In this document: positions 19,049-28,228 of the stretch, one piece after another
How positions within the stretch are numbered: the first letter of the stretch is position 1
Layout of the letters: every line of letters begins with the position of its first letter
DNA from: Alphaproteobacteria bacterium
GTDB lineage: Bacteria > Pseudomonadota > Alphaproteobacteria > MPNO01
Length of the DNA: 64,000 nt
Direction: 5' to 3'
Assembly: GCA_964291675.2 (NCBI GenBank)
Contig: OZ219866.1
Location: forward strand, 96,001 to 160,000
Notes under the pieces: generated by a model
The model's database searches: none
What the model saw: only the letters and a program-made list of their open reading frames with translations
What the model was told of the DNA's origin: nothing
Position numbers and translations under genes: made by a program

Positions 19049-19459
19049 ATGCCCGGTGTCGAGGATCTGTACAGCGCGATCGATGCCGATGACGTCGACC
19101 GGATCGAGCGACTGCTGACGATGTAGCCCGGTTTCGTCAACTCCACCGACGAGGCGCCTCCTCCGATTCACTGGGCGATCTACCGAGACAGACGCGGAGC
19201 GGTGGAGGTGCTTCTGAACCATGGGGCGGATCTCGCGCTGCGGGATCGGGATCGCGATGCAACGCCGCTCGACTATGCGGTCGTGTACGCGCGAAGGGAA
19301 TTTATCGCGTTGTTGATCTCGCGTGGCGCCAACCTCGATAGCGGAATGCAGGTTGCGCTCAAAGGCGCTTCCGGCGGATTCGAGGAATATGCCGAGTTGC
19401 CGGACCGCCGACAGTATGAGACGATTGTTGACCTGCTTCGTGAACTTGGTTCGCCATGA
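19049..19459 (+). pseudogene. Ankyrin-repeat protein with in-frame TAG at 19124-19126
   Basis: GGAGG SD and ATG 19049. MPGVEDLYSAI..LLTM*PGFVN..PPIHWAIY..VEVLLNHGAD..TPLDYAV..LLISRGAN all in one frame. Confidence 0.8.
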
Positions 19460-19811
19460 CCTCGCGCCCTCCGGCAGGTTCCCCAATGTCAATCTGCAGC
19501 GGAGAGACCGCCCCGATGAACGGTCGCCGACTCGTCAATGCGCGGAGTGCGCCGCCATACCGTCCGCGCCATTGCTCGTCTGCGTCGGCTGAAACCGCGG
19601 TAGTGCCGGGACGGCAGGGCAAGGCTGGCCACCAAGCTCCGGCCGTTGCCGCATCCCCGGGAACCCGAACGCTTACGCCCGGGATAGTACGTGTTCGTTC
19701 AGCGAGTGATGGCGGTGACCAGACCACCGATCCCAACCGCCCGCGATCGGGCAGTACATGAAATCCGCGCCGGCGCGGCGATGTAAGCGATGCCGGAGAG
19801 CCACCCGGCTT

Positions 19812-21392
19812 TCAGCTTGACGGCGGGATGAAGTTCCAGGGCATGAGCTCGTCGATGCAGCTGTTCGGGTGGCCGTTGGCGATGGCTTCAAGGGTGGCCT
19901 TGAGCCAGGCGTAGGGTTCGATGCCGTTCAGTTTCGCGGTCTCGATGAGCGAAGCTATGCGTGCCCATGCGGCGGCGCCTTCGTCGTGACCGGCGAACAA
20001 TGCGTTTTTGCGATTCAGGGCAATCGGCCTGGCGAGATTCTCGACACTGTTGCTGTCCATCTCGACGCGCCCGTCGGCGAGGAAGAGTTGGAGGCCGTCC
20101 CAGTGGCGGGTGATATAGGCGAGCTTCTCGCCGAGCCGCGACTTGGGCGAGACGCGGGCGCGCTGCTGTTTCAGCCAGTCGCCGAAGGCCTGGACCAGGG
20201 GCGCGCTGCGCGCCTGGCGTTCGGCGAGGCGCTGCTCGGGCGCGCCGCCGCGGATCTCGGCCTCGATGGCGTAGAGTTCGGCGATCCGGCGCAGGCCCTC
20301 GGCCGCGATCTCCGAACCGCTGCTGTCGTAGATTTCGCGAAGCCGGCGCCGACAATGCGCCCAACAGTATGCCAGCCGCAGCGGCGCGCCGCCCTTGCGG
20401 CGCAGACCGGTCAGCCGGTTGTAGCCGGCATAGCCATCGACCTGCAGGATACCGTTGAAGCCGTCGAGGAAGCGCTCGGCATATTCACCGCCGCGCCCGG
20501 GCGCGTAGAAGTACACGACGCCCGGCGGATCGGGTCCGCTCCAGGCGCGGTCGTCGCGAGCCAGCGCCCACAGCCAGCCGGTCTTCGTCCTGCCACGGCC
20601 CGGATCGAGCACCGGCGCCCGGGTCTCGTCCATGAACAGCTTCGAAGAGCGTTTGAGATGCTCCGCCAGCCGGTCGGCCACCGGCTTCAGATGGAACGAC
20701 GCCTTGCCGACCCAACCGGCCAAGGTCGAGCGGTCCAGCTCCAGACCCGAGCGGGCGTAGATCTGTACCTGGCGATACAGCGGGGTGTGCTCGGCGTATT
20801 TGGAGACCAGCACATGGGCGATGGCGCCCTCGGTCGGCAGGCCGCCCTCGATCAGCCAGGCCGGCGCCATGGCCTGGGTGACGCCCTGCTCGCAAGTCCG
20901 GCAGGCGTATTTCGGCCGCACCGTGACGATCACCCGCAGCTGCGCCGGCACGATGTCCAGGCGCTCGCTCCGGTCCTCGCCGATCTTCACCATCTCCCCA
21001 CAGCCGCAGGGACAGAGCGTGCTCTCCGGCTCGATCACCTGCTCGATCCGGGGCAGGTGTTCCGGCAAATGGCCGAGATTGCGCGCCGGGCGAGGCCGCT
21101 TCGGCGAGCGGACCGGCGACAGATCTTCCGGCGCCGCTGCGGTCTCCACCTCAGCAGACGCGCCCTCCAGGTCCTCGAACGCCAGCTGGCGTTCGTCCGC
21201 CGACAGCTTCTCCGACCTCTTGCCATACACGACACGCTGTAGTTCGCGCACCAGATGTTCCAGACGACGGATGCGCTCGGACTGCGCCTCGTTCTCGGCC
21301 GTCAGTGTCTCCAGCGCTGCAAGCGCCTGCCTCGCGGCTGCCGCCTGTTCGGGCGTCAGCGTTCCGAGGTCGATCTCCGCAAGCGCTGCCAT
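19812..21392 (-). CDS. tnpC: IS66 transposase TnpC
   Basis: YGKRSEKL, CPCGC zinc finger, MDET, QVDGYAGY, CWAHCRR, DSNSVE, LMPWN. Confidence 0.96.
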   Translation of the reverse strand: MAALAEIDLGTLTPEQAAAARQALAALETLTAENEAQSERIRRLEHLVRELQRVVYGKRSEKLSADERQLAFEDLEGASAEVETAAAPEDLSPVRSPKRPRPARNLGHLPEHLPRIEQVIEPESTLCPCGCGEMVKIGEDRSERLDIVPAQLRVIVTVRPKYACRTCEQGVTQAMAPAWLIEGGLPTEGAIAHVLVSKYAEHTPLYRQVQIYARSGLELDRSTLAGWVGKASFHLKPVADRLAEHLKRSSKLFMDETRAPVLDPGRGRTKTGWLWALARDDRAWSGPDPPGVVYFYAPGRGGEYAERFLDGFNGILQVDGYAGYNRLTGLRRKGGAPLRLAYCWAHCRRRLREIYDSSGSEIAAEGLRRIAELYAIEAEIRGGAPEQRLAERQARSAPLVQAFGDWLKQQRARVSPKSRLGEKLAYITRHWDGLQLFLADGRVEMDSNSVENLARPIALNRKNALFAGHDEGAAAWARIASLIETAKLNGIEPYAWLKATLEAIANGHPNSCIDELMPWNFIPPSS

Positions 21393-21447
21393 GGCCCGCT
21401 CGATAGCACAGTGTCGGAAGGGAACAGGCCCCGATCAGGAGGATGAG

Positions 21448-21801
21448 TCACTCTGCCTCAGCCGGGCGCCGCGCCGACAGCGCCCGCACACGACGCCAGT
21501 CCAGGCCGGAGAACAGCGCCTCGAACTGCGCATGGCTCAGGGTCATGACACCGTCGCGGATCGCAGGCCATACAAAGCCCTGCTCCTCCAAGCGCTTGTA
21601 AACCATGACCAACCCGGTCCCGTCCCAGTAAACGAGCTTCAGCCTGTCAGCTCGCTTCGCCCTGAACGCAAAGACCGTTCCCGTGAACGGGTCCTTGCGC
21701 AACACGCTCTTTACATGCGCGACAAGGCCGTCGTGTTGGCGACGGAAGTCGACGGGCTTCGTCGCGACAACGATCCGTACCCGGTTCGACGGGAAGATCA
21801 T
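21448..21801 (-). CDS. tnpB: IS66 accessory protein TnpB
   Basis: PVDFRR..DGL, KLVYWDGTG...KRLE..FVWP. Confidence 0.95.
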   Translation of the reverse strand: MIFPSNRVRIVVATKPVDFRRQHDGLVAHVKSVLRKDPFTGTVFAFRAKRADRLKLVYWDGTGLVMVYKRLEEQGFVWPAIRDGVMTLSHAQFEALFSGLDWRRVRALSARRPAEAE

Positions 21802-22190
21802 GACGCTGCATTCAGCGCAGAGACGATCTCCGCCAGACGGCCCGCCGGCGTCCCGGCGTCGAGCCGGACCGTAACCCTCTCGAGAACCACTTCCAGACGC
21901 GCACTGCTCGCCTCGGCGACACCGTTCCCCTCCGCCCGGACCACCAGAGGCGCAAACTCCACTGCCTCGTCCGCCGCAGGCAAAACCAGACGGCCTTCCC
22001 GCGCCATGCGACGCCAGTCCGACAGATGGTTCGGGCGAATATCGTAACGCCGTGCTACCGAGGCCACCCTCGCGCCTGGCTCAAGCGTCTCCGCAACAAT
22101 CCGTGCCTTCAACTCGTCCGGCCAGCGACGGCGGCCCTTCACTCCACCAATCACCTCGACCGGGCTGAGAAACTCCGCAGTGCGCTCCAT
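21798..22190 (-). CDS. tnpA: IS66 TnpA (HTH)
   Basis: RRRWPDELKARIVAETLEPGARVASVARRY...LSDWRR. Confidence 0.92.
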   Translation of the reverse strand: MERTAEFLSPVEVIGGVKGRRRWPDELKARIVAETLEPGARVASVARRYDIRPNHLSDWRRMAREGRLVLPAADEAVEFAPLVVRAEGNGVAEASSARLEVVLERVTVRLDAGTPAGRLAEIVSALNAAS

Positions 22191-22362
22191 GGAGAAACTC
22201 CCCTACGTCCTCCCGAACGTAGCGGAGTCTCAAATCCTGACACCGAGCGGAAGGTGCCCCCGCCGCATCGCTTACGCGGCGATCGCATCACCCAATGACC
22301 GAACGAACACCCGGGATATCCTGGCAGGCGCCGCATGCGCCGCCTCCCGTTCGAATCAAATT

Positions 22363-22383
22363 GTTTGCCAATAGTTTGCCAAC
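22363..22383. repeat. Direct repeat GTTTGCCAA-TA-GTTTGCCAA, candidate integrase arm-type sites of the left element
   Basis: Two 9-mers 11 bp apart, about 65 bp from the att core. Confidence 0.5.
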
Positions 22384-22410
22384 TGACCGAATCTGCCCAA
22401 GCCGAAATAG

Positions 22411-22446
22411 AAAAGCCCCCGAAAACGTCAGTGTTTTCAGGGGCTT
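22411..22446 (-). terminator. Intrinsic terminator-like hairpin downstream of the displaced tRNA fragment
   Basis: Minus strand: AAGCCCCTGAAAAC-loop-GTTTTCGGGGGCTT followed by TTCTATTT. Confidence 0.7.
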
Positions 22447-22449
22447 CTT

Positions 22450-22494
22450 TGGTTGCGGGGGTAGGATTTGAACCTACGACCTTCAGGTTATGAG
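22450..22494 (-). repeat. att site: 45-bp copy of the tRNA-fMet 3' half (43/45 identical to 63001-63045)
   Basis: TGGTTGCGGGGGTAGGATTTGAACCTACGACCTTCAGGTTATGAG; identity ends exactly after the anticodon loop. Confidence 0.95.
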
Positions 22495-22615
22495 TTTGGC
22501 TTGAGTTCGTGGGCTGGAGGTGTCCCGGGGTCTCTGGAGGTTGATTTACCTTGCGTTTCTGCGCTTCCCTCGTGATGCGGAGAGGTCTAGAATGGCCCTG
22601 AGATTACTTTCAGCA

Positions 22616-22632
22616 GGTACCTATAGGGTACC
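22616..22632. repeat. GGTACC-N5-GGTACC arm-type site pair (left end)
   Basis: The same arrangement recurs at 62906-62922. Confidence 0.65.
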
Positions 22633-22659
22633 TGAGGTTAGGACGCAAGGATTATCGCC

Positions 22660-23805
22660 ATGCCGAAGATCACCAAGCGCACCGTCGATGCCCTGAAGCC
22701 TCACGAGCGCGAGCGCGTCGTCTGGGACGACGACCTCAAGGGCTTCGGGGTGAGGGTCCATCCCTCCGGGCGGAAGGTCTTCATCGTCAAGACGCGCTTC
22801 GGCGGCAGAATCATCAAGATGACCATCGGGCCTTGCACGGCCGTTTCCGCCACGTATGCCCGTGTGCGGGCCGCAGAGATCATCACCGACGCGAGGGCCG
22901 GGAAGAACCCTGCGGGGCGCAGGTCCAAGGCGCCCACCATGCGTGACCTGGGGAAACGGTTCCTCAAGGACTATGTGCCCGATCACTGCAAGGCGAGCAC
23001 GGCGGAGGAGTACCGCCGTTCGGTCGAGCTGTTCATCAACCCCCGGATCGGCAACCGCCGGGTGCCGGACGTTCAACGGAGCGACATTGCGACGCTGCAT
23101 CACGATTTGCGGGACACCCCCTATCAGGCCAACCGGACGCTGGGGGTCTTGTCGAAGATGATGAACCTCGCGGAGCTGTGGGAGCTCCGTCCCGACGGCT
23201 CGAACCCGTGCCGTCATGTGAAGAGGTTCAAGGAGGAGAAGCGCGAACGCTTCTTGTCGGACGAGGAGTACCAGCGCCTGGGCGCGGCGCTGAAAGAGAT
23301 CGAGCAGGAGCGCTCTGAGACGGCCTCCGCCATCGCGGCGGTCCGTCTGCTGATGCTGACCGGCTGCCGTCTGTCGGAGATCCAGAAGCTGCGGTGGGAG
23401 CATGTCGATCTGGACGCCGGCGAGCTCCGGCTCACCGATACTAAGACTGGCGCCAAGGTGGTGCATCTCGGCGACCCGGCGATCGCGGTGCTGCGGGGGA
23501 TCGACAGGAAGGAAGACAACCCGTGGGTGATCGCGGGCCGCAAGCCGGGGAGTCACCTAACTGACCTTCAACATCCCTGGCGACGCATCCGCAAGCGCGC
23601 CGGACTCGACGACGTGCGCATCCACGATCTGCGTCACAGCTTTGCCAGCGGCGGGCTGCTGGTCGGCGAGGGTCTGCCCATGATCGGCAAGCTCCTCGGG
23701 CACACCCAGGTCCAGACCACCGCCCGCTACGCGCACCTCGCCAACGATCCCGTCAAGTCGGCCGCGAACCGTATCGCCAGCCGTATCGCCGAGGTGGCGG
23801 GGTGA
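22660..23805 (+). CDS. Tyrosine recombinase/integrase with N-terminal arm-binding domain
   Basis: WDDDLKGFGVRV, TGCRLSEI (R), TKTG (K), HDLRH, LLGH, TARY catalytic residues. Confidence 0.96.
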   Translation: MPKITKRTVDALKPHERERVVWDDDLKGFGVRVHPSGRKVFIVKTRFGGRIIKMTIGPCTAVSATYARVRAAEIITDARAGKNPAGRRSKAPTMRDLGKRFLKDYVPDHCKASTAEEYRRSVELFINPRIGNRRVPDVQRSDIATLHHDLRDTPYQANRTLGVLSKMMNLAELWELRPDGSNPCRHVKRFKEEKRERFLSDEEYQRLGAALKEIEQERSETASAIAAVRLLMLTGCRLSEIQKLRWEHVDLDAGELRLTDTKTGAKVVHLGDPAIAVLRGIDRKEDNPWVIAGRKPGSHLTDLQHPWRRIRKRAGLDDVRIHDLRHSFASGGLLVGEGLPMIGKLLGHTQVQTTARYAHLANDPVKSAANRIASRIAEVAG

Positions 23806-24014
23806 GGCCGGAATCCTCGCCTCTATGAGAGGCGGAACGGCCTGACCCGACAGGCGCTTGCGCATCTCTCCGGTGTCGGGGGTGCGGGGGCTGGATTGGA
23901 GGCCGGGAAAGTCCCTGTGGACAAACCGATAAGCAATTGATAGAACAAACTAGGAACATCAAGCGGGACGGTACAATGGTGCGGAAGGGACCTATGTGGT
24001 AGGGGGGTGCCGAC

Positions 24015-24776
24015 ATGGCCGACAATTCCGCGATCGAATGGACGGACGCGACCTGGAACCCGGTGACGGGTTGCACGAAAATCACGCGCGGCTGCGATAA
24101 CTGTTACGCCGCGCGCTTCGCCGAACGTTGGCGGGGCGTTCCGGGTCACCCCTACGAGCAGGGCTTCGACCTGCGCCTCTGGCCGTCGCGGCTTGATCAG
24201 CCGGAGCGCTGGCGCAAGCGACGCATGATCTTCGTCAATTCGATGAGCGACTTGTTTCACAAACGCGTGCCGCGCGCGTTTATCGACGATGTATTCGACC
24301 GGATGGAAACGACCGACCGCCACGTCTATCAGGTCTTGACGAAGCGGAGTTCGCGTATGCGTGATTACCTGCGCCACAGATATTCCGACGGTGCGGCACC
24401 GGAGCATATCTGGTGCGGCGTATCGGTCGAGGACCGCTTGGGCGGGGCCAGGATTCGGCATCTGCAAGCCGCGCCGGTCACGGTCCGTTTCCTGTCGATA
24501 GAGCCGCTCCTGGGTCCAGTCGGCGAGATCGACCTGGACGGAATTTCCTGGGTCATCGTAGGCGGAGAAAGCGGTCCGAATGCGCGCCCGATAGAATACG
24601 ACTGGGTTTGCGAAATCCGTGACCGGTGCCGCCGCACCGATGTGCCATTCTTTTTCAAGCAATGGGGTGGGCCAACACCCAAGGCCAGAGGCCGCGAGCT
24701 CGAAGGCGTGGAGCACAACGCGATGCCAAGCCAAGCAAGTAAAGAAAGCGGCCATGCCCTTCGAATGGCATCCTGA
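24015..24776 (+). CDS. DUF5131 (phage Gp37/Gp68) family protein with Cx6CxxC motif
   Basis: SAIEWTDATWNPVTGCTKITRGCDNCYA, FVNSMSDLFH, FLSIEPLLG, WVIVGGESG, FFFKQWGG. Confidence 0.93.
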   Translation: MADNSAIEWTDATWNPVTGCTKITRGCDNCYAARFAERWRGVPGHPYEQGFDLRLWPSRLDQPERWRKRRMIFVNSMSDLFHKRVPRAFIDDVFDRMETTDRHVYQVLTKRSSRMRDYLRHRYSDGAAPEHIWCGVSVEDRLGGARIRHLQAAPVTVRFLSIEPLLGPVGEIDLDGISWVIVGGESGPNARPIEYDWVCEIRDRCRRTDVPFFFKQWGGPTPKARGRELEGVEHNAMPSQASKESGHALRMAS

Positions 24777-26004
24777 CGAACCTCCGCCAGAGATCGAGTC
24801 GCACAGCAAGGCAAAGCTGTCTGTCTTGCGCAGTTACCTTCGAGCCTACTTCGACAGACTCAACATCAATCCGAACCGGGACGCGTTCAAGCTGGATCTG
24901 GTCGATGGGTTTGCGGGTGGAGGCCTTTTCCTAGACAACGGTGATCCTCTAGCCGGAACGCCGCTGATCATGCTGGAAGAGGCCTCATCGGCAACCGAGA
25001 GGCTGAACCGAAACCGTATTAAGCGCCTGCATGTCGACTGCAAGTTCTATTTTGTCGACAAGGAAGCAGCGCACACCGACCACCTCCGGAGAGTCCTCAC
25101 CGAACGGGGACAAGAGATCGACGAAGATAGAATCGTTGTCCGAACCGGCCTGTTCGAGAACGAAATCGACGGTATTCTTCAATCGATTCATCGCAGGCAA
25201 CCTCGTGCAGGAAGGGCGATCTTCCTGCTCGATCAAACCGGGTTTTCTCAGATAGAACTGGCGATGGTCTCTCGTATTTTCGCGGAATTGCCGGCTGCGG
25301 AAGTTATTCTGACCTTTGCCGCTGACGCGCTCGTTAACCATCTGTCGGAAACACCGCAGATTGCCAAGGCGGTCGCGCCGTTGCAATTGTCGGAATCCCA
25401 AATCGAAGACCTTATTCGCCTTAGGGACGGCAACGGTGGACGAGCACTCGTTCAAAGACTGTTGCGAGATCACGCCCGCGTGGCAACGGGCGCAACATAT
25501 GACACTCCTTTTTTCATTCGACCGGGACGGTCGCGGCGTGCCCTATGGTTTCTCCACCTGTCCCGCCATCCCACGGCACGCGATGTCATGATTCAGCGGC
25601 ATTGGGATATTCAGAACACGTTCGAGCATTACGGCCCGGGCGATTTCGGCATGCTGGGTTGGGATGCGTTGAAGGATTCGACAACCCTCCCATTGTTCAA
25701 CTTCGATCAGATGAACCTCGAGCAAATGGACGCCCAGCTCTTGGAGTCGCTTCCCAAGGAACTATACGGTCTTGCGTCCGAGCAACCCGTTACCGTCGAT
25801 GCGATGCGGCACGCTCTGGCAAATCGGACAGCCGCTCGCTTTTCCGATTTGGACCGAATCATTCTCCACCTTGCTAGGGAAAGAGAATTCGATATCTTGA
25901 ACCCTGACGGACAAATTCGGTCGCGTTCGCTAACTCGACTGAACCCCACTGATCGAATTGCACTTCCGCTAAACTTGTTGCTGCCCGGGATTTCTCGTCT
26001 GTAG
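24754..26004 (+). CDS. tcmP: Three-Cys-motif partner protein (methyltransferase-like fold)
   Basis: HSKAKLSVLRSYL, VDGFAGGG, GTPL, FLLDQTGF; overlaps the DUF5131 gene. Confidence 0.85.
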   Translation: MPFEWHPDEPPPEIESHSKAKLSVLRSYLRAYFDRLNINPNRDAFKLDLVDGFAGGGLFLDNGDPLAGTPLIMLEEASSATERLNRNRIKRLHVDCKFYFVDKEAAHTDHLRRVLTERGQEIDEDRIVVRTGLFENEIDGILQSIHRRQPRAGRAIFLLDQTGFSQIELAMVSRIFAELPAAEVILTFAADALVNHLSETPQIAKAVAPLQLSESQIEDLIRLRDGNGGRALVQRLLRDHARVATGATYDTPFFIRPGRSRRALWFLHLSRHPTARDVMIQRHWDIQNTFEHYGPGDFGMLGWDALKDSTTLPLFNFDQMNLEQMDAQLLESLPKELYGLASEQPVTVDAMRHALANRTAARFSDLDRIILHLAREREFDILNPDGQIRSRSLTRLNPTDRIALPLNLLLPGISRL

Positions 26005-26088
26005 CGATGATCACTAGAGCGTATCCGTTTTAGACGGAACCGTATCCGACGCTTCGGATGTAGTTTGCTGCCGTCCCCACGGACGAGT

Positions 26089-28179
26089 TCACGATTCCAT
26101 CCGCAGATCGTCAAGGAACTCGGACGCGGGCTCGGCGCCGGTCACCAGCAGACGATCACGGGCACGTGTGCAGGCAACGTAGAGAAGCTGCCGTTCCGTG
26201 CTGTACGTGTCTTCCAGGTCGGCTTCGTCGGCCACGTTCTCGATGCGTGATTGCAGGGGCAAAACCTCGTCGTCGCACGCCATGACCGCCACTGCTCGGA
26301 ACTCCAGTCCTTTGGCGAGATGCATCGTCGCGACGGCGACCTTGCCTGATGCCCCGTCCGAGCGTTCGTCCAATTCGATCGAGCTTAGGTCCGCCAGGCG
26401 GACAGCCTCCCGTGCCCTCGCGATCTCGCCTTCGGATCGTACGAACACGGCGATCTCGTGCGGCGCAAAACCCTCCTGCCGAAGCTCCGCGAGCCAGTCC
26501 GCGACGGCGGCGGCCTCTTCGTCGGGCGATGCAAGAACCCCGATGCTGGGCACGGGTCCGTTGAAGGCGGAGACGGTGCCACCGCGCCGCTCGGTGATGC
26601 CGTCCACGTCGGACAGCTCGGGCGGCAGCAAGCGGTCCGCTTGCCTTCGTATCTGGTGGGAGGTCCGGTAGTTGATGCGCAAGGTGTGCGAGCGCCCGCG
26701 CACGTCGACGCCCAGCGCGCGCCAGGAGAAGGGCGTGAGGAAGATGCGCTGGCCGAGATCGCCAGCGAAAAACAGACTGTCGGGGCGGCCGCCACCGAGG
26801 GCCGCAAGAAAGAGCAGTTCCGACACGCCGATGTCTTGGGCCTCGTCGATGACGCAGAACTCGAACGGCGGATGCGCTCCCTCTGCAACATGCCGTTCCA
26901 CAAGCCGGAACAAGCGGGGCTCGGTGAGCAACCCCCGTTCGTCCAGGCCATCGCGCACCATTGCGAAGATCGACCAGAGCACCGCGCGCTGGGATTCCGC
27001 CAAGTGGGTTTTGCGGCCAAGCCGCGTGACATCCCGGTAGTCCTCCCAACTGTCGAGTTGCCACGCGTCGATCACCCGGCTCCACTCGGTCCACAGGAAG
27101 TGGGGGTTGAACGCGTGCACTTCGACCTCGGCGGCTGCCAGGTCGATCAGCGCCCGCACCTCACCTTCGGTCACCAAGGTAGCTGCCCCGAAGTTCGCCT
27201 CGTAAAGGCGCCGGCCGATGCCGCCCATCGAGTTCACCTCCAATCGCTCGGTGATGCTGGGCTGATTGTGGACCAGGCGTCCGAGCCTAACCCGCAGCGC
27301 GTTCGCCAGTGTGTCGGAGAAGGTGGTGAGGAGGACGCGGGCATCGGGATGCGCTCGGGCCAGATGAACGGCGCGGTGGAGCGCCACGATGGTCTTTCCG
27401 GTGCCGGCCGAGCCTGATACGCGGGCCGGGCCGCTGTATGCGGCCTCCACGATCCGCCGCTGCGCCGGGTGCAGGAAGACCGTCCACTTCTCCCACGGGA
27501 ATTCGAGCGCGCGCTCCAGCTCGTCGGCGTTCTCCACGAGGCGGAAGCGGCGTTGCGCGTCCGGATGCCCGAACGGGTCCGTATCGGCGGCGGCATGCGC
27601 CGGCCGGTCCGGTGTGCCGCCGGTTGCGAGCTCCAGCAGCGCCTCCGCCGCCTCGGCCGGTAGATGGTCTGCGAGATCGAGCAGCGAGTCCTCGTCCGCG
27701 CCGCGAACGTCCTCCAGCCACGTCTCGGGGACGCCGTAACCCAGCAACTCGTCGTCTGATGCTTCGGCGAAGAGCGCAGGCTTAGAGGCGGCCCGCGCAA
27801 CGGCAGCTGCCTTCACGACGATAGGGCGCGGGACTTCGATCTCGCGCACGGTCTCGCGGATTTCGACGATTTGAGCCGCGCCGGTCTTCGGATGCCGCTC
27901 GATCCGTCGTCGCTCCGCCCATCGGTACGCGGCATCGTGATGGTCGACATAGGCGAGCAGGACGCTCGATGCGGTGCGATGAACGATCAGGCGGATGTTC
28001 CGGCTGACCCGGACCGACCAGAAGTTCCGATCCTTTGCTCGATCCAATTTGTGAAACGAGTGCCCGGCCCCTGACGGGTCCATCTGCAGGTCGAAGGCCG
28101 TGGTCTTCACGGCCTTCTGTTCGTCACCGGTCAGCTTGGCGAGGCTGTCGGTGAAGGTGTCGGCGATACGGAATTCCAT
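26089..28179 (-). CDS. UvrD/SF1 helicase with N-terminal RelE/ParE-like domain
   Basis: GSAGTGKT, IDEAQD, NYRT, TMHLAKGLEF, LYVACTRAR; N-terminal FWSVRVSRNIRLIVH. Confidence 0.9.
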   Translation of the reverse strand: MEFRIADTFTDSLAKLTGDEQKAVKTTAFDLQMDPSGAGHSFHKLDRAKDRNFWSVRVSRNIRLIVHRTASSVLLAYVDHHDAAYRWAERRRIERHPKTGAAQIVEIRETVREIEVPRPIVVKAAAVARAASKPALFAEASDDELLGYGVPETWLEDVRGADEDSLLDLADHLPAEAAEALLELATGGTPDRPAHAAADTDPFGHPDAQRRFRLVENADELERALEFPWEKWTVFLHPAQRRIVEAAYSGPARVSGSAGTGKTIVALHRAVHLARAHPDARVLLTTFSDTLANALRVRLGRLVHNQPSITERLEVNSMGGIGRRLYEANFGAATLVTEGEVRALIDLAAAEVEVHAFNPHFLWTEWSRVIDAWQLDSWEDYRDVTRLGRKTHLAESQRAVLWSIFAMVRDGLDERGLLTEPRLFRLVERHVAEGAHPPFEFCVIDEAQDIGVSELLFLAALGGGRPDSLFFAGDLGQRIFLTPFSWRALGVDVRGRSHTLRINYRTSHQIRRQADRLLPPELSDVDGITERRGGTVSAFNGPVPSIGVLASPDEEAAAVADWLAELRQEGFAPHEIAVFVRSEGEIARAREAVRLADLSSIELDERSDGASGKVAVATMHLAKGLEFRAVAVMACDDEVLPLQSRIENVADEADLEDTYSTERQLLYVACTRARDRLLVTGAEPASEFLDDLRMES

Positions 28180-28228
28180 GGAGCGGTCAATGCGGCAACG
28201 CGCCACGCTTCGGTGAGGCTGTTGCCCG

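Larger units (their letters stand above)
19783..22275 (-). mobile_element. Complete IS66-family insertion sequence (2493 bp)
   Basis: Terminal IRs start GTAAGCGATGC at both ends; perfect 8-bp target duplication GCGGCGAT (19775-19782, 22276-22283); tnpA-tnpB-tnpC. Confidence 0.96.

Noticed and set aside
19124-19126. Pyrrolysine or stop-codon reassignment
   Set aside because: TAG is used as a normal stop elsewhere (10637, 26004, 47336, 60105) and no pyl genes are present.
22450-22494. Second tRNA-Met gene
   Set aside because: Only the 3' 45 nt are present, with no D-arm or 5' acceptor strand; it is an att site.
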